A DNA stretch of 64,000 nucleotides from Candidatus Latescibacterota bacterium (GTDB lineage Bacteria > Latescibacterota > UBA2968 > UBA8231), in the NCBI GenBank assembly GCA_965223905.1, contig CBDCXV010000011.1, positions 928,001 to 992,000 of the forward strand, given 5' to 3'. Shown here in pieces: positions 40,940 to 51,995 of this stretch. Each line of letters opens with the position of its first letter. Positions within the stretch are counted from its first letter, which is position 1. The position numbers and the translations under genes were made by a program. The notes under the pieces are model-generated. The model searched no databases and was not told the origin of the DNA. It saw nothing but the letters and a program-made list of their open reading frames with translations.

Positions 40940-42521
40940 GTGGGGGAGCGTGGGGAGGACGAGGGAGACCGCCTGAGCGAAAAGCCGGGGGCTGCCGGGT
41001 ATCTCGACTACCTGCAGACCTTGATCGACAAGGAGCTGATGCTGCAGGAGGCGCGCCGTCTCGGCCTCGACCAGGATCCCCAGTTGCGCGGCAAGCTGTC
41101 CAAGGAAAGGGCGGACCGCATCATCAAGCGGTTTCTGGAGATCGAGGTCTACGACAAGATCGAGTACACCGACGAGGAGCTCCGGGAGCTGCAGAAGGAG
41201 ACCGAGCGGGACCGGGCAATCCGGGTGCGGCGCATCGTCCTGGGCAGCGAAGAAGAGGCGGAGGAGATCGCCGCTGCCTGGCGCCAGGGCGCGAATTTCG
41301 ACGATCTGGCTACCCGCACCCTTCTCGAAGAGACCGACCTGTTCGGCGGCAGACTGCTTCTCAAGGACGAGCTAGGGCCCGAAATCCTGCAGGAGGCGGT
41401 CTGGCCCCTGAAAGCGGGCGAGATCTCCGATCTGGTGTTCTATGGCAACCAGTACGGCGTCTACAAGGTAACCGAGGAGCGCGAGATTGACCTCGATGTC
41501 GTGCGCCAGCTGATCGAACCTGAGCTGTTCGGCCTGAAGATCCCGGACCGCATGAACGAGCTGGCCGCCGAGCTGAAACGGAATCTCGAGGCGCGGACCA
41601 ACGAGACCGCCCTCGACCTCCTCGCCGAACGGCTAGTCGCCGGGCAACCGTTCTCCGACGAGGAGCGCCAAATGGTGCTGTTCGAGAACACCGGAGGGGC
41701 CTACACCGTCGGGGATTTCCTGGTCTTTTCCGAATACATCAAGATGGGGTACGGCGATTCGCATGGGGTACGGCGATTCGCGCCGGATCCTCGACTGGTT
41801 CGCAAAGGAGGTGGTCGAACCCCGCCTGCTGATTCTCGAGGCGGCGCGGGCCGCCGGGATCGACCGCGAGGAGGAGATGGTGTCGTGGTACCAGAGCCGC
41901 GAGCAGTCGCTGCTGCTGCAGGCGGTGAGGAGAGAAGCGACGGCAAACGTGCTCGTCGACGAGTCCGAGGCGCGGCGCTACTACGAGCAGAATCCGATAA
42001 AGTTCACTCCCCTGGAGTCGGTTACCATTCGCGAAATCCTGGTTGCCGGCGAATCAGAGGCCGAGGGCCTGCTTGAGCAGATGAGGCAAGGCGCCGACAT
42101 GGGAGAACTCGCGGCGCGGCACACCCTGCGCCGACAGGGCCGGATCAGCAAGGGGGAGTTCCACATCCACCCCTTCGAAACAGGCCAGTACGGACCGGCG
42201 TTGGAAGCGGCCAGGGGGGCGGAAGTCGGGGATCTTCTGGGTCCGGTAGAACTGACCGTTCCCGCCTCCGACCTGCTGAAACCGGATCCGGCTTCGACAG
42301 CGGGGCCCCACTACTCCATCTTCGAGCTCCTCGACTCGACCATCGGTGCCGGCCCGGAGCCGTTCGGCAAGGTCGAACGGAGAGCGCGCGCCCTGGTCCG
42401 GAGGGACAAGGCGGACCGGGTTTTCTACGAGTTCCTGCTCGAACTGCGCTACGAGAACGAGGACAGGGTCCGGGTGTACGCCGAAAACGTCGAGAAACTG
42501 GCTGCGCACAGGGCGGCCTAG
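40940..42521 (+). pseudogene. SurA/PpiC-type peptidyl-prolyl isomerase, N-terminus missing, frameshifted by a 19-bp duplication
   Basis: LQTLIDKELMLQEA, two parvulin-like domains (GANFDDLA, GADMGELA); ATGGGGTACGGCGATTCGC repeated at 41744-41781. Confidence 0.72.
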
Positions 42522-42556
42522 CCCCTTCCCATCTCCTTCCCGCGTCAGCCGCGACG

Positions 42557-44289
42557 TTGAAGCCACCCGCTCTTCCCCTGCTCCTCGCAGTCGCCATGCT
42601 GCAGAACCCGGCCGGCGGCGACCAGGAGCCTGTGGGAACTCCCGCCCCCTCCCCTATCTTCGCCGACGTCACGGCCGCGGCCGGCATCGAGTTCGTGCAC
42701 CAGACCGGGGCCAGCGGGCACCGGTACTTCCCCGAAACCATGGGAGGTGGAGTCGCCTTCCTCGATTTCGACGGCGACGGCGACCTCGACATCTACTTCC
42801 CCAACGGGGCACCGCTTCCCGGATACAGCGATTCGTCCAAACCCGCCAACGCCCTCTACCGCAACGAGGACGGCCGCTTCACCGAGGTGGAGGCCGCGGC
42901 GGGGGCAGGAGATCCGGGGGGCTACGGCATGGGCTGCGCCGCTGCCGACTACGATAACGACGGCCGCCTCAATCTCTACGTGACGAACTTCGGGGCCAAC
43001 GCCATGTTCCGGAACGAAGGGCCCGGATTCGCTGACCTCACCGCCCAGTCCGCCCTGGGAGACACCGCCTGGGGGGCCGGCTGTGCCTTCTTCGACTACG
43101 ACAACGACGGGGATCTCGACCTCTACATCACCAATTACGTGCACTTCGATTTCGCCTCCGTCGATGAAGATCTAGACCCCTACCTGAAGTCGACGAAAAA
43201 GCGGCCCCGGGACGCCGGTGCCAGGATCAGCGCCTACCCCGACCCCGGACAGTTTCCCGGTGCCGAGGACCGCCTGCTGCGCAACGATGCGGGAGGCAAG
43301 TTCGCCGACGTCACCGGCCGTTCCGGTATGGTCGACACCGTCTCCATCGAGGGACGCGGGCTCGGCGTCGTCGCCGTCGACTACGACCGCGACGGTTGGC
43401 CCGATCTCTACGTCGCCAACGACGGCTCGCGAAACTTCCTGTACCGCAACCTCGGCGACGGCTCTTTCGAGGACGTCGCCAGCCTCGCCGGGGTGGCGTA
43501 CGGTCTCGACGGGCAGCGCGAGGCCGGGATGGGAGTCGATGCCGGAGATTTCGACAGCGACGGTTCCGTCGACTTGGTGGTCACCAACTTCGAGCAGGAA
43601 CCGTCCAGCCTGTACCGCAACCTCGGAAGCGGCACCTTCCTGCATTTCTCCTACCCGGCCGGGATCGGGCTTCCGACCCTGCGGCCGCTGTCGTTCGGAC
43701 TTGGCTTCCTCGACTACGACAACGACAGCTTCCTCGGCCTGTTCATCGCCAACGGCCACGTCCTCGACAACATCACCCGCTTCGACCGCTCGCGATCCTA
43801 CGGGCAGGCGAATCAGCTGCTCCGCAACCAGGGCCCCGATCCCCAAGGGCAGGTCCGTTTCAAAGATGTCTCGGCCGCGGCGGGAGAAGGTGTCACCGCC
43901 CGATGGTCAGCCGCGGCACCGCCTTCGGGGATTTCGACGAAGACGGGGACGTCGACCTCCTCGTCGGCAACGTCGGGCAACGGCCCAACCTGCTGCGCAA
44001 CGACCTCGGCAGCAGCAACAACTGGCTCCGGGTGAAAGCGGTCGGCCGCGACAGCAACCGCGACGGAATCGGCGCCCGCGTCAGGATCGCCGCAGGAGAT
44101 CTGCGCCTGGCCCGGGAGGTCAGGGGCAGCTACAGCTACCTCGCTAACAGCGACCTGCGCGTCAGCTTCGGACTGGGAGAGCGGGTAGTGGTGGATGAGG
44201 TCGAGGTGAAGTGGCCTGGCGGCTTGAAAGACCGGTTGACCGGCGTCGAGGCCAACCGCACCGTCGTCGTCGTCGAAGGCGGCGGTTAG
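42557..44289 (+). CDS. CRTAC1 family protein (FG-GAP + ASPIC/UnbV); frameshift near 43900
   Basis: DFDGDGDLD repeats; SRGTAFGD, NRDGIGA, FGLG...VKWPGG. Confidence 0.88.
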
Positions 44290-44597
44290 CCGGAGGAAGG
44301 GTTCTGAAGACGAGTCCTGATCCACGCCGGGAGCGTCAGGGACCCATGCCACGCCCCAGGGCCATCCCCGAAAGCTACCGGCACGCCGGCGCTGGTCGAG
44401 GGAAACCGCATCGCCCGCTCCTGGATGGTGATAACGGCTACCAGGGATGGACTACGCCACGAACCACGACTTCTGGCACCCGGTCGAACACGGCCGCTGT
44501 TTTCATAACCGCGCGGGCAGGAGACAAGCCAGCCGTTCGGGCAGGGAATGCGCAATGCCGGATCAACTGCCGGCTCACAAACCACTGGAGGAAGATC

Positions 44598-45332
44598 GTG
44601 AAAATTCTCATCACCTCGGCGCAGAGCGCGCTGGGGCGTGCCCTCGTTGACGAGCTGACCGGCGCGGAAGAGCTGCGCCTTCTGGAGAGCGAGGCCTTCG
44701 ACCCCCCTGCCGGCTGCGAATGCGTGGCCTCCGACCACCTGGCCCCCGCCAGCCTGGAACCGGCAGTGGCCGGTGTCGACGCCGTCGTCCATACCGGGGA
44801 GCTGCCGCTGACACCGCCCCCCGACGATGCCGGGAAGCTCGACTGGTACACCCGAGGAACCTACGACCTGATGGCGGCCGCGGTCGCCGCCGGCGCCGGG
44901 CGCTTCGTGTACTGCGGCACCCTCGACCTGTTCGAAAGCTATCCCGGCAACGTCTACATCACCGAAATGCACCAGCCTTTCCCGCCGGCTTCCGGGGAGA
45001 CCATGTGGCGCTACCTCGCCGAGTTCACAGTACGCGAGTTCACCCGAGACCACGCGATCACCGGCACCTCGCTGCGCCTGGGCACGCTGACCTTCGAGGA
45101 GGATGCCGACGCCACCGCCCCCGACCCCGGCTGGCTCGACCCTCGGGATGCGGCGCGCGCCGTGCGCACCGCCCTGGCCCGCGACTCCAGCGCCGAGCTC
45201 AACTGGGTGCGGCGCTGGCAGGTCCTGCACGTATGCGCCGATCCCCCCAACCCGCGGTTCCTGATCGGCGCGGCGATTCGGGAGGGGTTCGAGCACGACT
45301 TTGCCGCTGTCTGGAAGGGGGGTTCCCGATGA
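44598..45332 (+). CDS. NAD-dependent epimerase/dehydratase family protein (degenerate Rossmann motif)
   Basis: KILITSAQSALG, GVDAVVH, LRLG; RBS GGAGG. Confidence 0.75.
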   Translation: MKILITSAQSALGRALVDELTGAEELRLLESEAFDPPAGCECVASDHLAPASLEPAVAGVDAVVHTGELPLTPPPDDAGKLDWYTRGTYDLMAAAVAAGAGRFVYCGTLDLFESYPGNVYITEMHQPFPPASGETMWRYLAEFTVREFTRDHAITGTSLRLGTLTFEEDADATAPDPGWLDPRDAARAVRTALARDSSAELNWVRRWQVLHVCADPPNPRFLIGAAIREGFEHDFAAVWKGGSR

Positions 45333-46075
45333 CCACCGCTTCCCCCAGAAAAGTCAAACGGGTCGTCGTCTTCGGGGCATGCGGCAACATCGGCCCCTTC
45401 ATCACGCCGGGCCTGTCGGCGGAGTACGAGCTGACTCTGACCGACGTCGTCCCGCATCCGGACGGTCACCCGGTAGTAACTGTCGACATCCGCGACCCCA
45501 AGGCGGTGAGCCGCGCCTGCGAGGGACAGGACGCAGTGTTCAACCTCTGCGTCGTGCGCGACGATCCGGTTCTGAGCTGGGAGGTGAACACCCGCGGCGT
45601 CGAGAACATCAGCCGCGCCCTGGTCGAGCACGGCATCCGGCGCGTCCTGCACACCGGCCCGCAGCTGGTGCGCCAGTGGTACGACCACGACTTCCGCGTC
45701 GGCGACGTTCCCCCGGCTCCGGGGACCGGACACTACTGCGTGACGAAGTTCCTCGGCATGGAGATCTCCCGGGCGTACGCACGGCAGTACGGCATCGACA
45801 CGGTCTGGTTCCTGTTCAACGGGTTGGGGCCGAAGCCGGACGAGCCCCGCGAGCGGGCGGCACATCCGCCCTTCACCATCGTATGGGAAGATCTCGTCAA
45901 CGCCTGCCGTCTCGCCTTCGAGGTCGAAGAGCTGGAGGACCACTACCAATGGTTCAACCTCAACAGCTACCTCGAGCAGGGGAAGTATCCCGTCGACAAG
46001 GCGCGGCGTATTCTCGGGTACGAGGTCGGAGAGAAGGTGGAGGAGTACTTCCGCAGGCCGCCGGAGGACCTGTAG
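45329..46075 (+). CDS. NAD-dependent epimerase/dehydratase (uronate dehydrogenase-like)
   Basis: VVVFGACGNIG, VNTRG, YCVTK (YxxxK), KARRILGY; ATGA overlap with the upstream gene. Confidence 0.82.
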   Translation: MTTASPRKVKRVVVFGACGNIGPFITPGLSAEYELTLTDVVPHPDGHPVVTVDIRDPKAVSRACEGQDAVFNLCVVRDDPVLSWEVNTRGVENISRALVEHGIRRVLHTGPQLVRQWYDHDFRVGDVPPAPGTGHYCVTKFLGMEISRAYARQYGIDTVWFLFNGLGPKPDEPRERAAHPPFTIVWEDLVNACRLAFEVEELEDHYQWFNLNSYLEQGKYPVDKARRILGYEVGEKVEEYFRRPPEDL

Positions 46076-46285
46076 CTACTGCTTCAACACGATCGAGCCG
46101 ACCACGGTGATCCAGGTGGCGACGAAAAGACCGACCATCCGCCACTGCAGCTGATCCATGCGCAGGTCGAAGCGGCCGAATCCGGCATTCGTATCGGCTC
46201 GCAGCTGGCGCAGATCCTCCTCGACGCGGGTGAGGCGGCTGTCGACCTGCTGGAACACGTCCCGGGTGGTGAGATCCTCGGACAT
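46076..46285 (-). CDS. Small coiled-coil protein with C-terminal TM anchor (DUF1640/CCDC90-like)
   Basis: MSEDLTTRDVFQQVDSRLTRVEEDLRQLR...WRMVGLFVATWITVVGSIVLKQ. Confidence 0.72.
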   Translation of the reverse strand: MSEDLTTRDVFQQVDSRLTRVEEDLRQLRADTNAGFGRFDLRMDQLQWRMVGLFVATWITVVGSIVLKQ

Positions 46286-46296
46286 GCTGGAATTCC

Positions 46297-46572
46297 TCAG
46301 GATTTCAACCAGATTGAGCCGAGGACGGTGATCCAGGTGACGACGAAGAGACCGACCATCCGCCACTGCAGCTGATCCATGCGTTGGGTAAGGCCCTGTC
46401 GCCACTGATCCAAGCGCTGGGTGAGCCACTGCTGAACCTGGTCGATCCGCAGATCGAGGCGGCCGAATCCGGCGTTCGTATCCGCTCGCAGTTGGCGCAG
46501 GTCTTCTTCGACGCGGGTGAGCCGGGTGTCGAGCTGCTGGAACACGTCCCGGGTGGTGAGATCCTCGGACAT
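46297..46572 (-). CDS. Tandem paralog of the above with two extra 11-residue repeats
   Basis: Near-identical N- and C-termini; 22-aa insertion. Confidence 0.72.
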   Translation of the reverse strand: MSEDLTTRDVFQQLDTRLTRVEEDLRQLRADTNAGFGRLDLRIDQVQQWLTQRLDQWRQGLTQRMDQLQWRMVGLFVVTWITVLGSIWLKS

Positions 46573-46736
46573 GACATTTCCCTTTTCGCGAGTATAGCTG
46601 TGGGCCCGGCAGTTGGCAATTCGCAAGAATCGTGCCGCGCCTGAAACCGTATCCCGCACCTGCCGGCGCGAGAAATGCGGCGGTCCACCGTAGCCGATCG
46701 GTAACTCGCTGCCCCGGAGAGGGAACACTCCAAACC

Positions 46737-48692
46737 TCACTGCCGGTCCTCGAGCCGCTCGAGTTCCTCAGAAACCTCCAGCCAGCGCTGCTCGTGTCCG
46801 GGAAGGTCGGCGGTCAGCTCGGCGTGCCGCCTAAGCCATTCGGCAAAATCCGGATCCTTCGGGCTTTCGGGCAGGCACAACCTGCGGTCGAGCTCGGCGA
46901 GCTCCTCCGTGCACCTTTTCAGCCTCGCCTCCGCGGCCGACACCTCCCTGCGGATCTTCTTCGTGCGGTTCGAGCGCTGCTGCCGCTGCTCCGCCTCGCG
47001 CCGTTTCCTCTCCGCCGTCTTCCTCCCCTTCCCCGCGGCCTTCTTCGGCTCGACGGCCTTCGGAGGCCCACCCTGCTCCCGGGCTTCAATGCGCTCGAGC
47101 CACTCGCTGTAGTTGCCGTGGTAGAGCACCGCTTCGCCCGGTTGGATCTCGAGAATGCAGTCGACGAGAGAGTCGAGGAAGTCGCGGTTGTGCGAAACCA
47201 CCAGCAAGGTCCCCCCGTAGGTCGCCAGCCCGTTCTTGAGGGCGTCGCAAGCTTCGAGATCGAGGTGGTTGGTCGGTTCGTCGAGCAGCAGCATGCCCGG
47301 TCTGGACAACAGGATGCGCGCCAGGCTGACGCGGGCCTTCTCGCCGCCCGACAGCACTTCGATCCGCTTCTCGAGATCGCTGCTGGAGAGCCCGAGGCTG
47401 GCGGCAAGGGAGCGCACCCGTACAGGGGCGTTGCCGAAGCTCTGCTCGTCGAGGTAGTCGAGGGTGACGATCTGCAGGGGCAGCTCCTCCATGCGGTGCT
47501 GGGCGAAAAAGCCGGTGCTGACCTGGTCGCTGCTTCGCAGGCTGCCCGACAACAGGGGCAGCTCTCCGGCGCAGCACTTCAGAAACGTCGACTTGCCGGC
47601 ACCGTTGACGCCGACGATGCCGATCTTCCGGCCCCCTTCGATGAGGCACTGCGGCAGCTCGAAAAGGGGATGCCCCGCGCCGTACCCGAAAACCGCCTTC
47701 TCGAACTCCAGCACGCGGCTGGGCAGGCGCCGCTCCAGCTCCAGGCGAAAGCTGGCCGGGCGCCTTGAGACCACCGGCATCGACTCCCTGAGCTCCTCGA
47801 TCTGCTGCTGGTAGTGGTCGGCGGTCTTGAGGCGGTTCTGCGCCTGGCGGGCTTTCGTCGCCTTGGCGCGAAACCGCCTGGCGAAATCCTCGAGCCGCTC
47901 TACCTCCTTCTGTTTGTTGGCGATCGTCGCTTCCAGCTGGTCTATGCGCTGCTGCTTGAGCGTCTCGTACTGCCTGAGCGACCCGGGCCACAGGGTCAGT
48001 TGAGGCGGCGCGAACTCGAGGATGCTGCGGGCGAGACGCTGAACCAGCCGGCGGTCGTGGCTGATCAGCATGAACGAGTGGCGGTACTGCTCGAGGAACT
48101 CCTCGAACCACTTGACCGAGCGGATGTCGAGGTGGTTGGTCGGCTCGTCGAGGAGCAGCAGATCCGCCTCCTGCAGCAGCAGGCCGGCGAGGTGACAGCG
48201 GATCCGCCAGCCACCGCTGAGCTGCACCGCAGGCTGGCCGAACTGACCGGAACCGAAGCCGAGGCCGGCGAGCAGCTCCCTCGCCGTCTGCTCGACCTGG
48301 TGGCCTCCGAGTATGCTGAACTGGTGCTCGATCTCCAGGTAGCGCTCCACGAGCTTCTCGTTCGGGGATTCGGACAGCTGCCCTTCGATCCGGTTCATCG
48401 CCTCGCGCGCTTCGAACCAGGGGGCGAACTCCCGCAACGCCGCCTCGAGAACCGTGTCTCCCTGGCGGGGCAGCCACTCCTGGCGCAGCTGGGCAACGCG
48501 ATAGTTCTTCGGCGTCCTGATTTCCCCCTCGTCCGGCAGCAGTTCGCCGGCGAGCATGCGGAAAAAGGTCGTCTTGCCGGCCCCGTTCGGGCCGACCACT
48601 CCGATGCGCTCGCCGGGGCCGACGGCGAAGCCGGCGTTCCGGAAAAGTACCTGGTCTCCGAACTGCTTGGCGACGTTGTCTATCGATATCAT
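46737..48692 (-). CDS. ABC-F family ATP-binding protein (YheS/Uup-like)
   Basis: Two ATPase cassettes (GPNGAGKT, LSGGW, LDEPTNHLD twice), no TM domain, C-terminal coiled coil. Confidence 0.93.
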   Translation of the reverse strand: MISIDNVAKQFGDQVLFRNAGFAVGPGERIGVVGPNGAGKTTFFRMLAGELLPDEGEIRTPKNYRVAQLRQEWLPRQGDTVLEAALREFAPWFEAREAMNRIEGQLSESPNEKLVERYLEIEHQFSILGGHQVEQTARELLAGLGFGSGQFGQPAVQLSGGWRIRCHLAGLLLQEADLLLLDEPTNHLDIRSVKWFEEFLEQYRHSFMLISHDRRLVQRLARSILEFAPPQLTLWPGSLRQYETLKQQRIDQLEATIANKQKEVERLEDFARRFRAKATKARQAQNRLKTADHYQQQIEELRESMPVVSRRPASFRLELERRLPSRVLEFEKAVFGYGAGHPLFELPQCLIEGGRKIGIVGVNGAGKSTFLKCCAGELPLLSGSLRSSDQVSTGFFAQHRMEELPLQIVTLDYLDEQSFGNAPVRVRSLAASLGLSSSDLEKRIEVLSGGEKARVSLARILLSRPGMLLLDEPTNHLDLEACDALKNGLATYGGTLLVVSHNRDFLDSLVDCILEIQPGEAVLYHGNYSEWLERIEAREQGGPPKAVEPKKAAGKGRKTAERKRREAEQRQQRSNRTKKIRREVSAAEARLKRCTEELAELDRRLCLPESPKDPDFAEWLRRHAELTADLPGHEQRWLEVSEELERLEDRQ

Positions 48693-48949
48693 CTGGAATC
48701 AGGCGAATTCGCTTATGACTGCAGGGCTTTCCGGCTGCCTTGGCAGGGGCCCCTGCGGCGTCCTCTCAACCGGGTACGGCCGGCCCCGACGCCGGTCCCC
48801 CCACCTAACCCGCAGGGGGCTCCCGGCACGGGCCCGGACAGTCCTCAACCTGGGAAAGGACATGATTTCCGGCGCCGCCGGCTTCCTCATGAAATGCCGC
48901 GGTGCAACGATCGACCCGGATACCCGGCGTCTTCCTCGACAGCCGAACC

Positions 48950-49987
48950 CTAGTCCACCCCAGGGCCCCTCCAGGCCGCCAGCTCCTCGTTGAAGGCGAA
49001 CACCTGCGGCAGGCCTCCCGAGTGCAGGAAGAGGAGCGTCCGATCTCCTGCGAACCCACCCGACCTGATGCCGTCGATCAGCGCCGACATCGACTTCCCG
49101 GTGTAGTTGGGATCGAGGATCACCGCCTCGGTCCGGGCCACGAGGTGGATGGCCTCGAAGGCGGCATCGGTCGGTGCCGCATACGCCGGTCCGGAGAAGC
49201 CGTCGACGATCTCGACGTCTTGCGGGTCGAGGGGAAGCGGCAGCTTCATGAACTCCGCGGCCTGCCTGCACCGTTTCACCATCCCCTCGCGGACTTCGTC
49301 GACGTTGCCGGGGCTGTAGAGGACCATCGAGGCTTTCCAGTCGAGCCCGAGGTTCTTCGCCAGCAGACCCAGTCCCGGCAGGGAGGCGCCGACCAGCCCC
49401 CAGACGTGAATCCGCTGGACACCGTACGCCGCGAGCTGGGACATCAGCTCGAGGCCTGCCTCGACGAAGCCGATGGTCCCGATGATCTGGGGGAACCAGT
49501 CCTCGTTGAGGATGTAGGGTTTCCCGCCCTGGCCCCGCACCCTGGCGGCGATGGCTTCGGCGCAGGCCGAGGAATCCTCCCCCGCGGAAAGGCGGTGGAT
49601 CTCCCCTCCCATCAGCTTGACCAGCAGGAGGTTCCCCTGCAGCGGGCGCTCCGTCTCCCCCACGGATAGGAGGATGTAGCGGATCCCGGCCTTGACGCAT
49701 GCCGCGGCAGCGACCCTGGCGTGGTTCGAGTGGAAGTTGTTTATGCAGATCAGGGTGTCGAAGCCCTGGTTCCTCACGTGCGCCATCTCGAACTCGAAGT
49801 GCCGCGACTTGTTGCCCCCGTAGGCCAACCCGGTGGTATCGTCCCGCTTCACCAGCAGGCGCGGACCGCCGATCCTGCTCCGCAGTCTCTTCCACTCTTC
49901 CAGCGGCGTCGGGATGTGCGACCACCTGATGCGGGGGATTTCCGCCAGGTTTGCCCGTATCTGCTCGGGAGTTGTCGCAGGTGTCAT
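48950..49987 (-). CDS. D-cysteine desulfhydrase/ACC deaminase family PLP enzyme
   Basis: PTPLE, KRDD, GGNKSR, SNHAR, LDPNYTGK, LHSGG. Confidence 0.88.
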   Translation of the reverse strand: MTPATTPEQIRANLAEIPRIRWSHIPTPLEEWKRLRSRIGGPRLLVKRDDTTGLAYGGNKSRHFEFEMAHVRNQGFDTLICINNFHSNHARVAAAACVKAGIRYILLSVGETERPLQGNLLLVKLMGGEIHRLSAGEDSSACAEAIAARVRGQGGKPYILNEDWFPQIIGTIGFVEAGLELMSQLAAYGVQRIHVWGLVGASLPGLGLLAKNLGLDWKASMVLYSPGNVDEVREGMVKRCRQAAEFMKLPLPLDPQDVEIVDGFSGPAYAAPTDAAFEAIHLVARTEAVILDPNYTGKSMSALIDGIRSGGFAGDRTLLFLHSGGLPQVFAFNEELAAWRGPGVD

Positions 49988-50105
49988 GGTGGTGCCTTTC
50001 GATAAAAACGTCAGCTGTCGAGATCAATCCGGAAATCGCGAGTCGACCGGGAGGATTGGGGCCTTCCCGGCTTCCACGTTGCAAGGGGAACCCCGCCCGG
50101 CGTCC

Positions 50106-51092
50106 TCAGGACTCCCCGGCAAAGAGCCCGGCCAGGCGCGCCAGCGGCAGGTTGCCCCCACTCAGCACCCCGGCAACCCTCTTCCCCTGCAACTCCTCCT
50201 GCAGCTTGACCGCGGCGGCCGTAGCCGCGGCCCCGGCCCCCTCCGCCAGCTGCCGGGTGTGCCTCGCCAGCAGGCGGATCGCCGCATTGATCTCCTCGTC
50301 GGTGACGAGCACGAAATCGTCGAGCAGCTCCCACATGAGCTGCATGGTCATCGCAAACGGCACCCGCGTCGCCAGGCCTTCGTGCTCGGTATTCATCGCG
50401 CACTCGACCTCCAGCCGTCCTTTCTTCCAGGCCTCCCAACAGGCAGGTGCCGAGGCGGACTGGACGCCGATGATCCGCGTCCCGGGCCGCTGCTGCTTGA
50501 CGGCCAGGGCGATACCGGTGGCGCCGCTGCCTCCCCCTACCGGGGCGATGATCACCTCGACGTCGGGGAAGGCGTCGGCGATCTCCAGGCCCATGGTGCC
50601 GACTCCTGCGATCAGCAGCGGCTCGTTGCCCGAGTGGACGTAGCGCCGGCCCTCGGCCGCGGCGACCCGCTCGACCTCCCCGCGCGCCTCGTCGAAGTCC
50701 CGCCCGAACAGGCGCACATCCGCGCCGAGGGCGCGCATCGCCTCGATCTTCACCGGGTTGGCGTTCCGCTCCGGGGCGTAGATGATCACCGGGATGCCGA
50801 ACAAGCCGCCGGCAAAGGCGATCGACTGCCCGTGGTTTCCGGTGCTCGCCGTGACCACCCCGAGGCGTTTGACGCCGTCGTCGAGGTTCCCCAGCAGGTT
50901 GACGCCGCCGCGGACCTTGAAGGCCCCCACCGGCTGCACGTTTTCGCACTTGACGTAGTAGTCGAACCCGAGCTGCTGCGACAGGGAGTGGGCCTTGATC
51001 AGCGGAGTCGGCGGCAGGTAGGGGGCGATGAAGCGGCGGGCGGCGACCACATCGTCGCGGGTCGGCAGCTCATGGTCGGGGTACAGTTTCAT
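50106..51092 (-). CDS. Threonine/serine dehydratase (fold-type II PLP)
   Basis: KCENVQPVGAFKVRG, ASTGNHGQ, PVGGGSG, LSGGN. Confidence 0.9.
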   Translation of the reverse strand: MKLYPDHELPTRDDVVAARRFIAPYLPPTPLIKAHSLSQQLGFDYYVKCENVQPVGAFKVRGGVNLLGNLDDGVKRLGVVTASTGNHGQSIAFAGGLFGIPVIIYAPERNANPVKIEAMRALGADVRLFGRDFDEARGEVERVAAAEGRRYVHSGNEPLLIAGVGTMGLEIADAFPDVEVIIAPVGGGSGATGIALAVKQQRPGTRIIGVQSASAPACWEAWKKGRLEVECAMNTEHEGLATRVPFAMTMQLMWELLDDFVLVTDEEINAAIRLLARHTRQLAEGAGAAATAAAVKLQEELQGKRVAGVLSGGNLPLARLAGLFAGES

Positions 51093-51261
51093 CCGGCGCC
51101 CTTCCGCTCTTGTCCGAGCCGGAGACAGGGGTTCGGCATCTGGGGGCCTCTCCGGGGAACCGAGGAAACGGCGAGGATTCCCGACCGACCCCCGGCCGCC
51201 GCTTCCCGCAGGTTGGGCCCGAAAATCCCGGCTGCTCCCGAGGGCCCGGACCAAGTCCCCT

Positions 51262-51993
51262 TCATCGGTTCCTCATGCATTGCTCCGCCGCCTCCAGGAC
51301 GCGGCCGTTGTCGTACGCCCCGAGCAAGCGCCGGCTCCCTTCCGGGTCGGAGGCCGAGGGGCCTGCCGCCTCGATCAGCAGGGGCATCGCCCTGACGACG
51401 TTGTCGACTATGGAGATGCTGGCCAGCTTCGCCGTGCGCGACAGGGGGTTGAGATCGACGGTCACCACCTCCTTGCCGGCGGCGCGCAGCACCTGGCAGC
51501 GGTCGCCATCCTCGAGGGGCACGAAGACCACGTCCGCCCGGTGGATCCCCTCCGGGTGGACGTACCGCCTGTTGGAGTCGATCCCCTCGAGAAAGGTGTC
51601 CGCGGCAGGCAGCAGCACCCGGGTGGCGCCGCTTGCGACCAGCAGCTTTTCGATGGCCCGCTCGCGCTCCTGCGATCTGTGGAACAGGTTGACCTCCAGG
51701 GGGCAGGAGAGGGCCGCGGCGAGCGCCACCAGCCGATCGGCGACAAGGGCCGCGGCGTTGCCGTTGACCGACAGCACCGGCCTCTGCGCGGCCGCCAGCA
51801 TGGCCGCGGCCGCGGCGACCGCCTCCCGGGCGAAATAGTGGGTGCGCTCCCCGAGGAGGTAGTCGAACGCCTCGCCGCGGCCGTGGGCGATCAGCCCGTG
51901 TACCGAGGTCACCCCGCGGTCGACGCCGGCGACGACGGCGTCCCGCAGCCGCAGCGATTCGTAGCGCGGGTGGGTTTCTGGAACGTCGGCCAT
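51262..51993 (-). CDS. 4-phosphopantoate--beta-alanine ligase (archaeal-type phosphopantothenate synthetase, PPS)
   Basis: HPRYESL, GLIAHGRGEAFDYLLGE, PVLSVNGN, EVNLFHR, VPLEDGDR, DLNPLSRT, VDNVVRA signature. Confidence 0.93.
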   Translation of the reverse strand: MADVPETHPRYESLRLRDAVVAGVDRGVTSVHGLIAHGRGEAFDYLLGERTHYFAREAVAAAAAMLAAAQRPVLSVNGNAAALVADRLVALAAALSCPLEVNLFHRSQERERAIEKLLVASGATRVLLPAADTFLEGIDSNRRYVHPEGIHRADVVFVPLEDGDRCQVLRAAGKEVVTVDLNPLSRTAKLASISIVDNVVRAMPLLIEAAGPSASDPEGSRRLLGAYDNGRVLEAAEQCMRNR

Positions 51994-51995
51994 GG

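Noticed and set aside
44340-44510. Coding-like remnant between the CRTAC1 and epimerase genes
   Set aside because: Too short and fragmented to assign
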